Source: Hemiscyllium ocellatum (taxonomy: Eukaryota). From it: 64,000 nucleotides of DNA. Positions 61,301 through 64,000 of this stretch are shown here, one piece after another. The stretch is from contig NC_083431.1 of NCBI RefSeq assembly GCF_020745735.1, positions 48,388,496 to 48,452,495 on the forward strand. The letters are read 5' to 3'. Each line of letters opens with the position of its first letter. Position 1 is the first letter of the stretch. Both the position numbers and the translations under genes were made by a program. The notes beneath the pieces were generated by a model, which was not told where the DNA came from, ran no database searches, and saw only the letters and a program-made list of their open reading frames with translations.

Positions 61301-62344
61301 ACATATTGATAAATACATTCTAAATTCAATCGCAAGAAGCTGATGTGAAAAAAATGCAAAACATCATACTGCACTTCAATTCACGACAAAAAAAAGCATT
61401 GAAGTATCCAATATTTTAAAGTTAAGACGCATTGAAGGTTAGATGTTATCCACAAAAATGCTCATGGGAATAATGACTGATGATTAACCTGTGCCAGTTC
61501 ACTGCAATACAAATGTCACATTAAATTTGCATGATGCCTGCTATTTTAAATTATTGTTTTGCAGTTACCGCTACTCCCACTGTTCATTGGCTGTATGAAT
61601 TGTCATGGGCCCAATATCACAAGGTGACAGTGCATTGTGACTCTGGGACATGCTGAAGTTTTATATTTCAGATGTTATCAAAGAAGATCTGATACAGAAC
61701 AGATTAGGACAGATGTCTATGAGTTGTGCAATGGAGACAGGCTTTAAGAAGGGACAGAGTGGTAGTGATAGAAATATTTAGGAAGGAATCGATGTCCTAT
61801 CTATTCCTCTCTCCACAGATGCTCTGTGACCTGCTGAATATTTGCAGAATTATTTTAATAATTTAGGTTTCAGCATTCCTTCTACATTGCTTCCGAGGTG
61901 GTGTAGGGTGAAGCTGGACCCTTAAGACCCTTTGGAGATACCCTTTAAGGGTGCCTACAGTCTGCTTTAGGGAAGGTTAACAGTCTCACAACAATTGCTG
62001 AAGAATCATTTGACTGAAACACTAAGATATGGAAAACATGTAGAAAACAGCCACAAAGAGAATCTACAGGGTTTCTGTATACATTGTGGAAAGGCTTAAT
62101 TCATAAGATTGTTTGGGAACCTGCATTTTCCTGTGATTTCATTATGAGTTGTCAAAATAAGGACAACTTGATGGTCAGTGATAAAAAAAACAAGGAGTTT
62201 GGGAATATTAGTGGATCAAGTGGTGCAGTTGAGATTATTGGTATCACATCTGAATTATTCCATCTTGTACAGGGCAGAAGAAAGCAGATGCCTATAGTGT
62301 AGCCTCGCTTTTATTTCCTGTTCTTCCAATTTTTGTTTTATTTC

Positions 62345-62880
62345 CTCATCACTTTTTCAACTACCTCCTCTTCTTCATGGTCTTGTTTCTCAGCTTCTAA
62401 ACTCATAAACTGACAGTTGTTTCAGCATGATGGCTAGGATGGGTTAGTACCACAAACCTTGATATACTAAGCTGAGTACAGCAAGGCCCCTCCAAAGTGG
62501 TTGAGATTGGACACATTGCTTAAGGACTTCAATGTACTGAATATCATTCTTTATGGCAACTTAGCTCTCATTTGATTACCTGGTATATGTGTATCATGGG
62601 TCCTGGTCCATAGTCATGAGAAATCTATGCTGCCCAGTAATCATAGGTCAAATCCTCTGGCACAGGGGACTTGCGCAGAATGAGAAAATTGTGATTATTG
62701 CCAAGGATAATAGCATTCATCTACATGGTGTCATATATTGAGGAAGTGGAGTCCCTTTAGATTCATAGAAGTGAATGACTTAATATGAATCACACACACC
62801 TACATGCACTCAATTACACCATGAGGAATGGGGAAGCATACAAGCCATGAAAACTCTTGTACTCCAGCTTCTTGCTCGTC
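62345..62880 (-). pseudogene. Degraded Harbinger DDE transposase
   Basis: Minus strand: CFPIPHGVIECM*V..MNLKGLHFLNI, NAIILGNNHNFLILRKSPVP and LNHFGGALLYS, then acidic EKQDHEEEE. The motifs are in canonical Harbinger order. Confidence 0.7.
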
Positions 62881-63139
62881 TCTGTCAACAAAGAATGAGG
62901 TAAAGCTTCCCCTTCATGTATCGTAAGCCACAGCAATCTTTCATAGACAGAAAGTTCCACAAACCATGAGAAGATAATAATATTTACAGTAGCAGCCTGG
63001 AGGGTGCATGAAAATTAAGAATCATAATCAGCTTGACAGGAATAAATACGCTGCCCTTCTGCTTTGAGGTGAATGCAGCCTCTTGCTGCCTTTCTTTCAT
63101 GGATGACTTGAAAGAAAGGACCAGATTTGCGGTTGCTAA

Positions 63140-63960
63140 ATTTTGCAGATTATACAAAATAAGTGGGAAAGTTATAAAGAGGGAATAGGGAGGAGGCAAA
63201 AGGAAACAAATTGGCAGATATTGTATACGAGCAATCAGGTGACAAATGAAATATAACATTGGAAAATGTTCAACTGGGAGGAAAATGAGAAAAGTAGCAT
63301 ATTACTTAGATTGAAAGAGATTAGAAAACTCGAGGTTCAGAGAGAGCTGTTTGCATCCCTGGTACATGAAACTCAAGCAGTTAGTACAATGGTACAGCAA
63401 GTGATTAGGAAGGGAAATTGAATGCTGTTGTTTATTGCAAGGGGAATGGAATATAACAATAGGAAGATTTTGATACAATCATACAGGGCATTGGCGAGAC
63501 AACATCTGGAGTATTGTGTAGAATTTTGGCCTTTCTTAGTTAAGAAACAATTTTACCTTGTAAGCAGAGCAGAGGTGATTGCATGCGTTATGGATCTTGG
63601 GATGAAGGATTTGTCTTTAAGGAAAAGGATGAATAAATGGTCTTGTATTCTTCAGAGTTTAGAAGAATGAGAGTTGATATGATTGAAACATGAAAAATCC
63701 TGAGGGAACTTGTTAGGACGAAGCTGAAAGGATGTTTTGACATGTGAGAAGAACTCATACTAGGGGACACTGTTTAAATATTAGGAGTCTCCCATTTAAG
63801 ACAGGGATGAGGTGAGTTTTTTTTTCCCCCAGAGGCATGGTGTCGATGGACTTCTCTTCCTCAAAAACATGGATGCAAGGTGACTGAATATTTTTAAGGC
63901 TGAGTTAGATCGACTCCCCTGTCATTCAAGAATCCAAAGGCATGGGATACACAGGAAAGT
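63140..63960 (+). mobile_element. Old CR1 RT/3' fragment
   Basis: AKFCRLYK (degenerate KFADDTK); ORF 63422 (FIARGMEY..YRALARQHLEYCVEFW). Confidence 0.85.
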
Positions 63961-64000
63961 AGAGCTTACAACTACATCTTACGATTAGTAATATTATCAA

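Overview
This is AT-rich, CpG-poor vertebrate genomic DNA, intronic or intergenic. The repeat families (HE1/V-SINE-type SINEs sharing a 3' tail with CR1 LINEs, and Deu-domain SINEs) point to a shark or other elasmobranch; this is inferred from the repeats alone. I found no intact host protein-coding gene, rRNA, tRNA gene or CRISPR array, and the ORFs in the track are transposon fragments or chance ORFs. The window is a layered collection of mobile elements: CR1 LINEs (one ~3 kb copy with endonuclease and RT), a second CR1/L2-clade LINE, L2, a Rex1-like tail, about 10 HE1 SINEs, several solo LTRs, Penelope-like elements (RT + GIY-YIG), and many old PIF/Harbinger relics (DDE transposase and an intron-split Myb/SANT gene). 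Three things stand out. (1) Minimal hammerhead-ribozyme cores (CUGANGA-stem II-GAAAC-GUC) sit in the Penelope termini. (2) A family of short fold-back elements carries back-to-back hammerheads, most with 13-16 bp target duplications; one has captured 331 bp of neighbouring DNA between its arms. (3) Several locally templated insertions occur, including one that replaced the RT catalytic motif of a Penelope copy. A few candidate minus-strand exons are noted at low confidence. Family names come from recognising motifs by eye, not from database searches.
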